64,000 nucleotides of DNA, from NCBI GenBank assembly GCA_951812955.1, contig OX638340.1, forward strand, positions 1,792,001 through 1,856,000, written 5' to 3'. A model generated the notes under the pieces. That model worked only from the letters and a program-made list of their open reading frames with translations, ran no database searches and was not told the origin of the DNA. Below, one piece after another: positions 37,497-46,636 of the stretch (position 1 is its first letter; each line of letters starts with the position of its first letter). Made by a program: the position numbers and the translations under genes. Source of the DNA: an uncultured Gemmatimonadota bacterium. Its GTDB lineage: Bacteria; JAAXHH01.

Positions 37497-39572
37497 CTAG
37501 TTCACTAACTCAAATACATGCTTAACACTACCGTCCGGTTTTAACACGAGCCCAAACCACTTTTCCAACTTATGTGGGTATACACTTTCTTTGGAATCCC
37601 GGTGAAATTTCTCCTCTAACACCTCCACGGTAGATCTACTACAGTAAATAAACAGTCCTATAGGTAAACCTGGGAACAAAGCACGAACTGTCTGGCTCTT
37701 CTTATTTAATAAATGCCGATTACAAATCCGATTGATATTTTTGTTTATAGTTTTACAAACATCGTCAGACAAGGTTATCAAGAAAAGCCCAAGGTCGATT
37801 TTCAATGGATCGGGGGAGGTTTCCAATTCCTTCAAGATGCTTCCCAAGGGCGTACCAACCAATCTTGTCAGTATGCCATCTGGAGTCGGTATTCCGTCTA
37901 TGCCGTCCCTCCTGACCGCCATTGCAGTATCGAGATGCACTGAGAAATCGTCATCAATTAACATCAAGTCAATATCGTCTCTAAGCCATAGGTTATGTCT
38001 TAGGTGATAGGACAGCAACATATGCTCATGACTCGCCATCAGACGCTCGCCAAATCGTGCCCGTAACTCAAGGTAACTTAAAAACCATAGAGGCGTAGAT
38101 AACATTTCTGATATCGCATCGAGTGAAAAAACGTCGGTGACAAGTGGAGGTAAAATCTGAGTAGTTGACTTGTATTCTAAAAACTGTCTCAACTGAAAAG
38201 CCAACGCCGGGTAATGGTCCGCGATGATTGCTACAGGAAAAATAACCTTCTGAGATTCTTCTATACGGATTACCTCGTTGTTCTTGGTATATAGACTTAC
38301 GGACTGATCTCCGAGGAGTTTAGCACACTCAAATGACTGCTCTACTGCATCTTGAATCGCCATCCTAAAGTCGGATCTTAACACTCGATCGTTCCCTCTT
38401 CGAGATTCCAGTGTTAGCCTTTTTGATTTCGATTGCACCAAAACAACCCGGTCGCCAAATATCACCAAGACATCAATCTCTCCAAGTGTGTGCCCTTTGG
38501 TCTTTCGTAACTCGACGTTTTTATACACTCGATCAGAACCAAAGACATGAACAAGTCTATCATATGTAAAGCTCTCCGTGAAATCCCCTCGATGTGTAAG
38601 TGCTGTTGGTGCATACAAACTATCAGTGCACATCCAATAGAACGGTGTTTCATAAAACGCTTCCGTTAATCCGTAATACTGCAAGAGTACGTATTTATCT
38701 ACATCTCTACGTATGAACGGGTAGATATAGGCTTTGTTAAAGTCATTGATAGTTGAGAAGCCAGCATTTCTTTCGCAAGAAGGTAAAGTAAATGCGTTTA
38801 CAAATGCTTGAACGTCTTCTGTAGGAAATCCTATATAGGAAGCAAGTTCAGTGCAGGAAAAGGTAAAGAAAGGTAAGACCGCCCGATCCTTAGCAGGCCC
38901 TTTTATTTGGTCGCTCAAGACTGTTTCTAAACTCCGGTTTAGGACGTAAGGAATCCCATCACACACCGCCTTTCCAACTACCAAATCAACTGATTTGTTC
39001 TGAGAAAGCCAGTCGGAATCGAGACTGTATTTTGTCAATGCTAGATCACGGTATTGAAAGGGATATGCAGACTCGCCTGCGTAGAAAATGGGTTCCCTAA
39101 GGGATTCCCCGGTAGAGAATGGATTTGCATTAGGGACAGACCCGCCGACTACTCTCCGCTGCATCAACTTCAACGTAGGTTGCACCATAGTTAAGTGCAA
39201 TTCATCCAACAGTTCCGCGGACTTCTTGATGTAATCATTAAGAACTGTAGGTGTTGGCATGGAAAAGTCGATAGGGCCTCGCATCATGAGACCGATTAGC
39301 GTGGTGATTTCGGTACGGATTAGCTGCGAATGGGATCGCCATTGAAGAAGTTCGTCGGAATTTAGTTCATCCTTGAAACCGACGACATTGTCCCGCAGTG
39401 AAATAAAAGCGATTGCGTGAATAAAACCTACGGAGAGGCACAATGCAGCCAGGTCATCAAACACAGACTGTTCTGAGCGCATATAAACGATCCTGGGCTG
39501 TAGCAGACAATTCCAAATTGCGTCTATTGGATTCGAAAGCCAAGAGTTGGATTCTGAATCCGAACCGTTCAT
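37497..39572 (-). CDS. Large (691 aa) protein with a central NERD-like PD-(D/E)xK nuclease motif; N- and C-terminal regions unassigned
   Basis: FGSDRVYKNVELRKTKGHTLGEIDVLVIFGDRVVLVQSKSK at residues ~343-384 fits the NERD / PD-(D/E)xK pattern (GE..hh...E-h-D-hhhh...hhhh-Q/E-x-K). No Walker A motif. AT-rich codon usage. Confidence 0.55.
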   Translation of the reverse strand: MNGSDSESNSWLSNPIDAIWNCLLQPRIVYMRSEQSVFDDLAALCLSVGFIHAIAFISLRDNVVGFKDELNSDELLQWRSHSQLIRTEITTLIGLMMRGPIDFSMPTPTVLNDYIKKSAELLDELHLTMVQPTLKLMQRRVVGGSVPNANPFSTGESLREPIFYAGESAYPFQYRDLALTKYSLDSDWLSQNKSVDLVVGKAVCDGIPYVLNRSLETVLSDQIKGPAKDRAVLPFFTFSCTELASYIGFPTEDVQAFVNAFTLPSCERNAGFSTINDFNKAYIYPFIRRDVDKYVLLQYYGLTEAFYETPFYWMCTDSLYAPTALTHRGDFTESFTYDRLVHVFGSDRVYKNVELRKTKGHTLGEIDVLVIFGDRVVLVQSKSKRLTLESRRGNDRVLRSDFRMAIQDAVEQSFECAKLLGDQSVSLYTKNNEVIRIEESQKVIFPVAIIADHYPALAFQLRQFLEYKSTTQILPPLVTDVFSLDAISEMLSTPLWFLSYLELRARFGERLMASHEHMLLSYHLRHNLWLRDDIDLMLIDDDFSVHLDTAMAVRRDGIDGIPTPDGILTRLVGTPLGSILKELETSPDPLKIDLGLFLITLSDDVCKTINKNINRICNRHLLNKKSQTVRALFPGLPIGLFIYCSRSTVEVLEEKFHRDSKESVYPHKLEKWFGLVLKPDGSVKHVFELVN

Positions 39573-39708
39573 CCATGGCTTTTAACTTTAGATTCTCCAG
39601 ATAGCTGTTTCGGATAATTAAACAAGTCAGTTCGCCGGAAACATCTCGTGCAACCCGCGCTGATACACCGTTGGTGACTACAGCTTCACCGTCGGTGTGA
39701 ACGCACCT

Positions 39709-39957
39709 TTACCGGTTGTTGTGATTATCCACGGGTTTGTTTTCTTCTGAAGCGTGGTGGTCATCGCCTAACGGGATTAAATCCTTCGATATAGCCAGCG
39801 AACCGCCTATTAGAGCCATGAGTGGAGACTTTACGACTTCGTAAGCGTCCTCCGCTGTCATTCCTCCGCTCCAACACATCGCAACGAAGATGATTATAAG
39901 CGAAGAGTAACCTAAACCCACAAGGACCAGTACATTCTTCCGCCACGGAACCTTCAT
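39709..39957 (-). CDS. Small 2-TM membrane protein preceding the NERD-like gene
   Basis: ORF 39709..39990 trimmed to the second of two adjacent ATGs (GGAGGA RBS). It carries the hydrophobic helices VLVLVGLGYSSLIIIFVAMCW and LMALIGGSLAI. Same strand and same low-GC composition as the NERD gene. Confidence 0.45.
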   Translation of the reverse strand: MKVPWRKNVLVLVGLGYSSLIIIFVAMCWSGGMTAEDAYEVVKSPLMALIGGSLAISKDLIPLGDDHHASEENKPVDNHNNR

Positions 39958-40029
39958 CATATCCTCCTTTTGGGTATTCTCCCAATTCACATAATATGTT
40001 TGACAATCGCTTTATAATGCTCCGAGCAA

Positions 40030-41445
40030 CTAACCAAACAACTCCTGCACCATTCCCCGCGCCCGATCGATCACGGTTTCGAGACAGCCGGGTGCTAGCT
40101 TGGCCCAGTAGGTGACATCTTCGTTGGCCTCGTGTCCACCGCGGGCATATGCCTCCCTCGTCGGCAGGTAACCGACATAGTGCGTCGTGAGGTGTGCCGG
40201 AAACAGATAGGAAGCTGGCGAGTTTACTTTAAGCGACAGTTGTCCTTCCACAAAGGGCTCACCGGGGAGGCCTACAATACAAAGATTACCGATGCGCAAG
40301 GCCTGTATCTCATAGCTGAACTCGCCGTCCCTCTGCCTGCATAGTTCGACGCTGCGGGTCGATGCCGCCCGAAACCAGCGCGGCTCCACTTGACCGTTCT
40401 CTTCGCGCGGCGGTTCCGGATGCTCAGTGAGAATCGCATCGACTTCGCGCAGTCGTTCGTCCGATATCTCGCGAAAGGGCAGTCTGATCTTTTCTATCCT
40501 TGTATCTAGCGCAGCATCGCCGGCGAACGTCATGTTGCGCATGATACGTTCGCTCAGACCGGATAATCCTCGCCCCATACGCCGGTGGTCCGGCTTAAAA
40601 TCGGGGTCGAAGGGGTGCCAGGGGTTGATGTTGCCGCAACATCCGTTGACGACCAACGGCACGGAATCCGGATCGAAAATCTGCTGCATCTCCCGGGACC
40701 AGGCGCCGGGCCAATCCGCCGACGCGGCCATGAAGGTCTCCTCGTTTCCGTATGCATTGACCGGATGACACGTGTAGTGCAGGAGAAAGGCCAGCGGTTT
40801 CGAATTCATATCCTGGACGCAGCACACGCCTACCTCCGGGTCCATCGGCCCTTCCAGGTAGCACACATCCGAGATCCCGAAGGGCTGCCGCTCCCGACCA
40901 AGGGGTCTGGGCATAACTATGGTACCGTCCCTTCGAACGCCGCGGCGGTTAAAAGCCAGGTCGCCCAACACGCCGCGGCCCAGACCGATGCGTGCCGGTT
41001 GTAGCCTGCCGGCTGCCTCGACCGCGGCCTCAACGGCAGCGGCTGCGGCCCGGTCGCCATAGGCGCGTTCGGCCCCCCGCAGATACTCCGTTTCCTCGCT
41101 AGTCTCCATTGGAAAATCCGAATCCAGCATGAAGTAACCGAGGCTCGGGGCGGAATGCGTCTGCGTCGCCTGGACCATGATGGCGTCTCGTTCTATGCCC
41201 GTCTGCTCGCTGATGGCCGCACGGATCCGGTCTGTGTATTCACCGGTGACAATGGTGAGATCCAGGATCACGATGCAGACGCGCCGCCCATCCGCTTCGA
41301 AAACGATGGCCTTGGCAAAGAGCGGATCCAAAACGGCCTGGGTCGGACGGTGGTCACCGGCTCCGCTGCCCGCCAGATGCGTCCCCTCCGAAGGGGATAT
41401 GTCGATCATTGCCGCACCGGCGCTCAGCTGGTTCGACTCGTTCAT
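40030..41445 (-). CDS. Neutral/alkaline ceramidase family protein
   Basis: ORF trimmed to the ATG at 41445 (AAAGGAAAG RBS). AIMVQATQTHSAPSLGY and LLHYTCHPVNAYG resemble neutral-ceramidase catalytic-domain motifs (THTHSGP / AIHPVS) as remembered. Confidence 0.55.
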   Translation of the reverse strand: MNESNQLSAGAAMIDISPSEGTHLAGSGAGDHRPTQAVLDPLFAKAIVFEADGRRVCIVILDLTIVTGEYTDRIRAAISEQTGIERDAIMVQATQTHSAPSLGYFMLDSDFPMETSEETEYLRGAERAYGDRAAAAAVEAAVEAAGRLQPARIGLGRGVLGDLAFNRRGVRRDGTIVMPRPLGRERQPFGISDVCYLEGPMDPEVGVCCVQDMNSKPLAFLLHYTCHPVNAYGNEETFMAASADWPGAWSREMQQIFDPDSVPLVVNGCCGNINPWHPFDPDFKPDHRRMGRGLSGLSERIMRNMTFAGDAALDTRIEKIRLPFREISDERLREVDAILTEHPEPPREENGQVEPRWFRAASTRSVELCRQRDGEFSYEIQALRIGNLCIVGLPGEPFVEGQLSLKVNSPASYLFPAHLTTHYVGYLPTREAYARGGHEANEDVTYWAKLAPGCLETVIDRARGMVQELFG

Positions 41446-41796
41446 GGCTTTCCTTTCGCAGTCTGAAGAGTAACCCGTGGGGCGTAACCCAGGGACCCGC
41501 GCGGGGATTATCCCGTGTGGGGAGGATCCCAGTCCATGTGGGGAGTAACTCGTAACGTACAGACTATGGCACCAGTACCGTTTCGTCAACGCCGTTCAGC
41601 CTTGACAGACGCGTGTATCTTACTTGTATCACAGTGTACGAAGATATGGGTTAAACGGCGCGGTCCAGTGGAGTACTCGAGCAACAGGCGAACGGAGCGC
41701 CGCGTATTAGCCGCCGGCCAGTTGATGAAGACCGACATGCATGATGAAGACTAACGCACAGAATGGTCACACCATCTGAGAAAGGACTGGTCAATC

Positions 41797-42936
41797 ATGA
41801 TTGAATTGCTCGGCATCGGCCACTTTTTTGAACTTACACGGTCGGAAGCTATTATGGGGTTTTTCACCCCGCTGATCGTCTATGCCGTGTTTTTCCTGGT
41901 GCAGCTCATCCTGCCCGGGCGGAGGGTTCCCGGTTACGTCATCAATCCGGAGACGGGTAAACCGCGCAATTACCGGCTCAACGGCATGCTCGTGTTCCTG
42001 ATCATGCTGATCGTCTGGGCGTTCGAACTCACCGGGATGCCCCACGACTGGTTCTTCCGGTCCTCGATCTACGCTGTGGCCGGCGGAACGGTTTTCGCCA
42101 TTATCTTTACCATAATCGCGACATTTACCCAGCCTGAAGGCAAGGTGAAGAGCCGGTTCCTGGCATGTTGGTTCGGCCGGGCCCAGGAGATTTCGTTCTT
42201 CAACGAGCGTATCGACGTTAAGATGTACATGTACGTTGTCGGCGGGTCGATGCTGTCGCTAAACGCCCTATCCGGGGCCGTGTACCACTACCAGGTATTT
42301 GGAGAGAACGCCAACCCAGGCGTTTTCATCTATGCGGGTTTCTTCACGTTCTACATCCTCGATTACTTCGTCTTTGAGCGCGTGCAACTCTACACCTACG
42401 ACCTGATCCACGAGAATGTGGGCTTCAAGCTGATCTGGGGCTGTCTCGTGGTCTACGGATGGCTATTCATCCTCCCGCTTTGGGGCATGGCCGCCTACCC
42501 GAACCCAGGCTTCTCACCGGCATGGACGAACTTCTGGCTGATTGGCACCTCAGCACTGTTCCTGTTGGGATGGAGCATTTCCCGCGGCGCCAACCTGCAG
42601 AAGTATACGTTTAAAAGGTGGCCCGAACGAAAGTTCCTGGGGCTCATCGAACCGAAATACATTCAGGCTGGCGACCGCAAGATACTCTACAGCGGCCTGT
42701 GGGGCGTCGCCCGCCATCTCAACTACATGGGCGAGGGCTTCCTTTCCCTGTCCATCGCCCTGATATTCGGCTATTTCACCAATTTCTGGGCCTGGACCTA
42801 CCTCCTCTTCATCGTCTCGATGTTCTCCTACCGTCAACTCGATGACGACAGGCACTGCGCCGAGAAATACGGTACCAAAAAGTGGGCGGAATACCAGGAG
42901 AAGGTGAAGTACCGGATCGTGCCGGGGATTTATTGA
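41797..42936 (+). CDS. ERG4/ERG24 family sterol reductase-like integral membrane protein
   Basis: GLWGVARHLNYMGEGFLSLSIAL matches the sterol-reductase signature (RHPNYxGE), and roughly 8 TM helices are predicted; 379 aa. A GAAAGGA RBS lies upstream. Confidence 0.6.
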   Translation: MIELLGIGHFFELTRSEAIMGFFTPLIVYAVFFLVQLILPGRRVPGYVINPETGKPRNYRLNGMLVFLIMLIVWAFELTGMPHDWFFRSSIYAVAGGTVFAIIFTIIATFTQPEGKVKSRFLACWFGRAQEISFFNERIDVKMYMYVVGGSMLSLNALSGAVYHYQVFGENANPGVFIYAGFFTFYILDYFVFERVQLYTYDLIHENVGFKLIWGCLVVYGWLFILPLWGMAAYPNPGFSPAWTNFWLIGTSALFLLGWSISRGANLQKYTFKRWPERKFLGLIEPKYIQAGDRKILYSGLWGVARHLNYMGEGFLSLSIALIFGYFTNFWAWTYLLFIVSMFSYRQLDDDRHCAEKYGTKKWAEYQEKVKYRIVPGIY

Positions 42937-43400
42937 GCGAGGTTATGAGAAACGCTAGTTCAGATTGCTTCCAAATCGTAGCGATATAGATCAGCGGACC
43001 AGGGAAGAGGGCATACCCTCTCAAGCGCTGCCGTCTAGCGCCATCCAAAGGCACCTGTCCGGCCGCCTTACAGAGAAGAAGTAAAATGACCCTGTGTCCG
43101 CCTCTGCATGGGCACCGGGGTTGTATTAAACCGGTTTGTCGACGAGCTTTTTATCCTCCTCGCCCGGTTGGTACTCCTTACATATCCTGGTGACCGGTTT
43201 TACCCGAACCTGACCAGACTCATCTTCCTCTGTTTATCACATGAAGCATACTGATCTACGGTTGCGCTGCTGTCTGCGAATGCTATATTGCCTCGTCGAC
43301 AACGTAAACGCACGCGACCCAAATGCACCCGAACCAAACGCACCTGAAGAAAATACACTCATAGCAAATGCACGCACCGAACAGGAAACGTTAGGATAGT

Positions 43401-45713
43401 TTGAACATGACAAAGGCTAGTTTGATTTTTACGGCAGTGGCGCGCTGTTGTATGGCAGCGGGCGCAATTTACTTCGCGAGCGCGATTCATTCCACTCCGA
43501 CCGCCGACGCCCAGGTTACCGAGCATCGGCTCACCATTCTCCACACCAACGATCTACAGGGCGGTATCTACTCCGAGGACGGTTTCGACGATGGGGACCA
43601 GGCTGGGAACCAGGATCCGGAAGATGCGGCGGACCGGGGCGGCCTGGCCACGCTCGCGTCGATGATCCAAGCCCATGGCCGCGCCGGTGCAGACTCGATC
43701 TTGGTACTGGACGGCGGAAATGCCATGGGCGCGACGCCTGCCTGCGACGTGGACGGCTGCCGCACGCTGTTTCAACTCATGAGTATGGCGGGGTACGATG
43801 CCATGGCCGTAGGCAGCCACGAGTTCACATATGGTATCGACACCCTCACCACCCGTGCGGGGCAGGCGGATTTCCCCATACTGGGCGCTAATCTGGGACT
43901 TGGCGACACGGTCCATGGGGCCACCACGCCATTCCTCCTGACCGAAAGGAGCGGATTGCGGATCGCCGTCATGGGGCTCGTTTCCTCCCGAACGGCCGAC
44001 GACCTTTCATCGGTGAACCCCGCGGACTTGGAATTCCACGATCCGCGGGCGACGCTCGAGTCACTTCTGGCTGGGCCCGCGGGCCTCGCAGACTTGCGAA
44101 TCGCACTCGTCAACATGAGCATGGACGAGGCAAGGGACCTCGCGCTGGCCTTTCCCCAGGTACAGCTGTTCATCGCGGGAGGCACGGCTGCCGGTCCCGA
44201 ACCGCGCCCTGCGGAACATGTGGTCCGCTTCGTCGGTGGTCGATACCTGGTTACCACGCCGGGACGGGGTACCCACCTGGGTAGACTCGAAATCACTTTC
44301 CGCCGGGACGGTGCCAAGACGGTTGTTTCCAATCTGATTCCCGTCCTGGTACCTGCCGGTTCGTCCCTGCTTCCATACCTCGCGACCGCAACAGGTTCGT
44401 CCGATACATCCGGTGCCGCGACACCAAATCCTGCGCCCGTGCCTATGGATCCCGCGGTATCGGCTCTCGTCGCCGGGCACAGAGAAACCGTGCGCAGAAT
44501 CTATGACGTCCGCATTGGCAGGACCCGGGAACCCATCGAGGATACCGGATCCTGGATCGCCGACCTGGCGCGCACGAAACTGGCGGCCGACGTCGCGGTG
44601 ATCGATCGGCACGCGCTTCGGCCGTTACGATTGGACGGGGAGGTTCGACTGCGTTCGGTTACACGGCTGGTGCGCGACAACGATGTGCTGGTCCGCGTTT
44701 CCATGTCTGGACGGCAGTTGCGGACATGGGCCGGCGGGCTGCCGCGGGAACACGAAGTGGTCTTTGCGGGGTACGATGGGGATTCCGGCGAGGTCGACGG
44801 GCGGCCGCTGAATCGGGACAGGACGTACGTGGTGGCAGTCCCGTTGGTCCTGGCGGATCAGAATCTGACCCGGCAGGTCAGGAATTCTCGCTTATCGAAC
44901 GTTCCCGGTGCACGCATTGGACTGAGGGAAATGGTGGCAGCCCACGTGCGGATTCACGGTACCGTGGACCGCTGGCAGGGAATTCGGCGGGGGCCGCGCA
45001 GTGCAACGGAGGGCAGCACACGGTTAAACGGCTCCTTGTCGCAGACTACGCTGGAAGGGCCCGTCGACCAGTACAGCCGCGATCCGTTCCTGAGTGGAGA
45101 GGAAGCCCTGGCCTGGATCGTCAACGTAGAGCACAATTCAACCCGGTACACCCCGGCGGGAACGTTTTCGGCTCTGTTGAGGACAGGCTACGGCAGGTTG
45201 AACAACAACGGGAGCCAACGGGAGGCCTTGGACCGGATCGACGGCGAACTGCTCTATTCACTGCCGCATTCGCAACTGTCCCAGTTCCTCGGGTTCGACG
45301 TCAACACGGTGTGGACGGGTGACGAAGGTCGGAAACACCCTGTTGTGCTTCGGTTCAAGGGAGGTCTCCAGTCGGAGCTCGGTTCCCAGGCGATCGTTCG
45401 TGTCGGTCTGGCCCTGGAGAGAGACCGGATCACCGCGATGAATGTCGTGGGCATCGAGGTGGCGCCCGAGTACCGGACGACACTTCTTCCAGGCAATACG
45501 CTATCGTCTCAGGCCCGCGTTTTCTGGGGAACCGGTCAGCACCAGACCATGTCTGTACAGCACTTCAACCACCTGCGTTTCCGCCTGCTGGACGATCTTG
45601 CCGCCACGCTCGACGCGAACATCTTCCTCCACCGGGACAGCGACATCGACCGGTCGGCCGTCAAGTTCGAACTGCAGGTCGGCCTCGGATACGACTGGCG
45701 TTACTACAGGTGA
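43401..45713 (+). CDS. Secreted bifunctional metallophosphatase/5'-nucleotidase family protein with a ~250-aa C-terminal extension
   Basis: Signal peptide, then LTILHTNDLQGG, GNAMG and GSHEF metallophosphatase motifs and a 5'-nucleotidase C-domain. The extra C-terminal domain has alternating hydrophobic residues (possible beta-barrel) and ends in ...GYDWRYYR. Confidence 0.6.
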   Translation: MNMTKASLIFTAVARCCMAAGAIYFASAIHSTPTADAQVTEHRLTILHTNDLQGGIYSEDGFDDGDQAGNQDPEDAADRGGLATLASMIQAHGRAGADSILVLDGGNAMGATPACDVDGCRTLFQLMSMAGYDAMAVGSHEFTYGIDTLTTRAGQADFPILGANLGLGDTVHGATTPFLLTERSGLRIAVMGLVSSRTADDLSSVNPADLEFHDPRATLESLLAGPAGLADLRIALVNMSMDEARDLALAFPQVQLFIAGGTAAGPEPRPAEHVVRFVGGRYLVTTPGRGTHLGRLEITFRRDGAKTVVSNLIPVLVPAGSSLLPYLATATGSSDTSGAATPNPAPVPMDPAVSALVAGHRETVRRIYDVRIGRTREPIEDTGSWIADLARTKLAADVAVIDRHALRPLRLDGEVRLRSVTRLVRDNDVLVRVSMSGRQLRTWAGGLPREHEVVFAGYDGDSGEVDGRPLNRDRTYVVAVPLVLADQNLTRQVRNSRLSNVPGARIGLREMVAAHVRIHGTVDRWQGIRRGPRSATEGSTRLNGSLSQTTLEGPVDQYSRDPFLSGEEALAWIVNVEHNSTRYTPAGTFSALLRTGYGRLNNNGSQREALDRIDGELLYSLPHSQLSQFLGFDVNTVWTGDEGRKHPVVLRFKGGLQSELGSQAIVRVGLALERDRITAMNVVGIEVAPEYRTTLLPGNTLSSQARVFWGTGQHQTMSVQHFNHLRFRLLDDLAATLDANIFLHRDSDIDRSAVKFELQVGLGYDWRYYR

Positions 45714-45771
45714 CCGCGGAAGCGCCTGAGCTTGCTGGTCCATTTACCGAAACAGGGCCACTTCGGCGCAC

Positions 45772-46509
45772 TCAGTTCTTCCTCGCCACATGCCGATCTT
45801 CATACACACCCTTCAGAAACTTCTTCGGATTGAATTCTTCGGGCATGTAATGCCATGCTGTACTGTAGCGCGTGCGATGGCTGTGATTATCATAGGCGCC
45901 GTGCAGCAGATTTGCGGAAAACAGCACGACCGTCCCCGCGGGGATGACCAGGTCCACCGCCTGCGCTTCATCGACCTTCGTCCAGCTGCCATGGCGGCTT
46001 AATTCGCTGCAGTGCTCGACAATCTCGCCTATCCGGTGGCTGCCGGGCACTACCCGCAGACAACCATTCTCCACGTCTGCATCTTCCAGGTAAATTCCGC
46101 AGCTGACAATACGATCCGTGTCGGTCCCAAAATAGAAATTGTCCTGGTGCCAGCCCGTCGACGTGCCGCCATTGGGCAGCTTCGGGAAGAACTTGGTACC
46201 GAACACGTCGATATCTCCACCAATCAGATCGGCCACACGGTCCACAATCGCCGGCTCGCGCGCCAGTTCCAGCACACGGTCGTCGACCACGCAAACCCCC
46301 TGGACTTTGTGCAACAAACCCGCCCGAGGTTCGCCTCGCTCGTCCAACTCGAGCGCCCAGTGGGGTGTCTGCTCTTTCAATTTGCTTCCCTCGGCGACCA
46401 TTTCATCGAACACCTGCTTGTACCAGTCCAGTCGCTCACCTTGAATGAGGGCTTCAAAAACGAGATAGCCATCTTCTCGAAACTGCAGTATCTGTTCGCT
46501 AGTCAACAT
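45772..46509 (-). CDS. Phytanoyl-CoA dioxygenase (PhyH) family protein
   Basis: ORF trimmed to the ATG at 46509 (GAGG RBS). GWHQDNFYF...PGSHR...LLHGA motifs. Confidence 0.7.
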   Translation of the reverse strand: MLTSEQILQFREDGYLVFEALIQGERLDWYKQVFDEMVAEGSKLKEQTPHWALELDERGEPRAGLLHKVQGVCVVDDRVLELAREPAIVDRVADLIGGDIDVFGTKFFPKLPNGGTSTGWHQDNFYFGTDTDRIVSCGIYLEDADVENGCLRVVPGSHRIGEIVEHCSELSRHGSWTKVDEAQAVDLVIPAGTVVLFSANLLHGAYDNHSHRTRYSTAWHYMPEEFNPKKFLKGVYEDRHVARKN

Positions 46510-46636
46510 GAGAACCTCATTAGAATCCGCGTCCTTCGCCAACTAGCGCTCCAGCAGTCGGCGACCGGCGGCGGCCATCTTCCCCGCAATCCGCTTATCT
46601 TCCTCGCGCTCCGACAAGTAGCAACAGGCCGCGGGA

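Larger units (their letters stand above)
37260..40020. mobile_element. Low-GC (~40%) horizontally acquired island between convergent high-GC genes, carrying a 2-gene putative defence module
   Basis: A sharp compositional break from the ~62% GC flanks is visible in the raw sequence. No integrase, tRNA or flanking direct repeats were detected. Confidence 0.5.

Noticed and set aside
39995-40025. Sigma-70 promoter TTGACA...TATAAT on the plus strand at the right edge of the low-GC island
   Set aside because: The two hexamers are separated by only 7 nt, far from the 16-18 nt needed. Coincidental in AT-rich DNA.
41446-41589. The 48-aa N-terminal extension of the ceramidase-family ORF (TTG start at 41589)
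   Set aside because: The extension (HGLGSSPHGIIPARVPGLRPTGYSSD) is low-complexity. A good RBS precedes the internal ATG at 41445.
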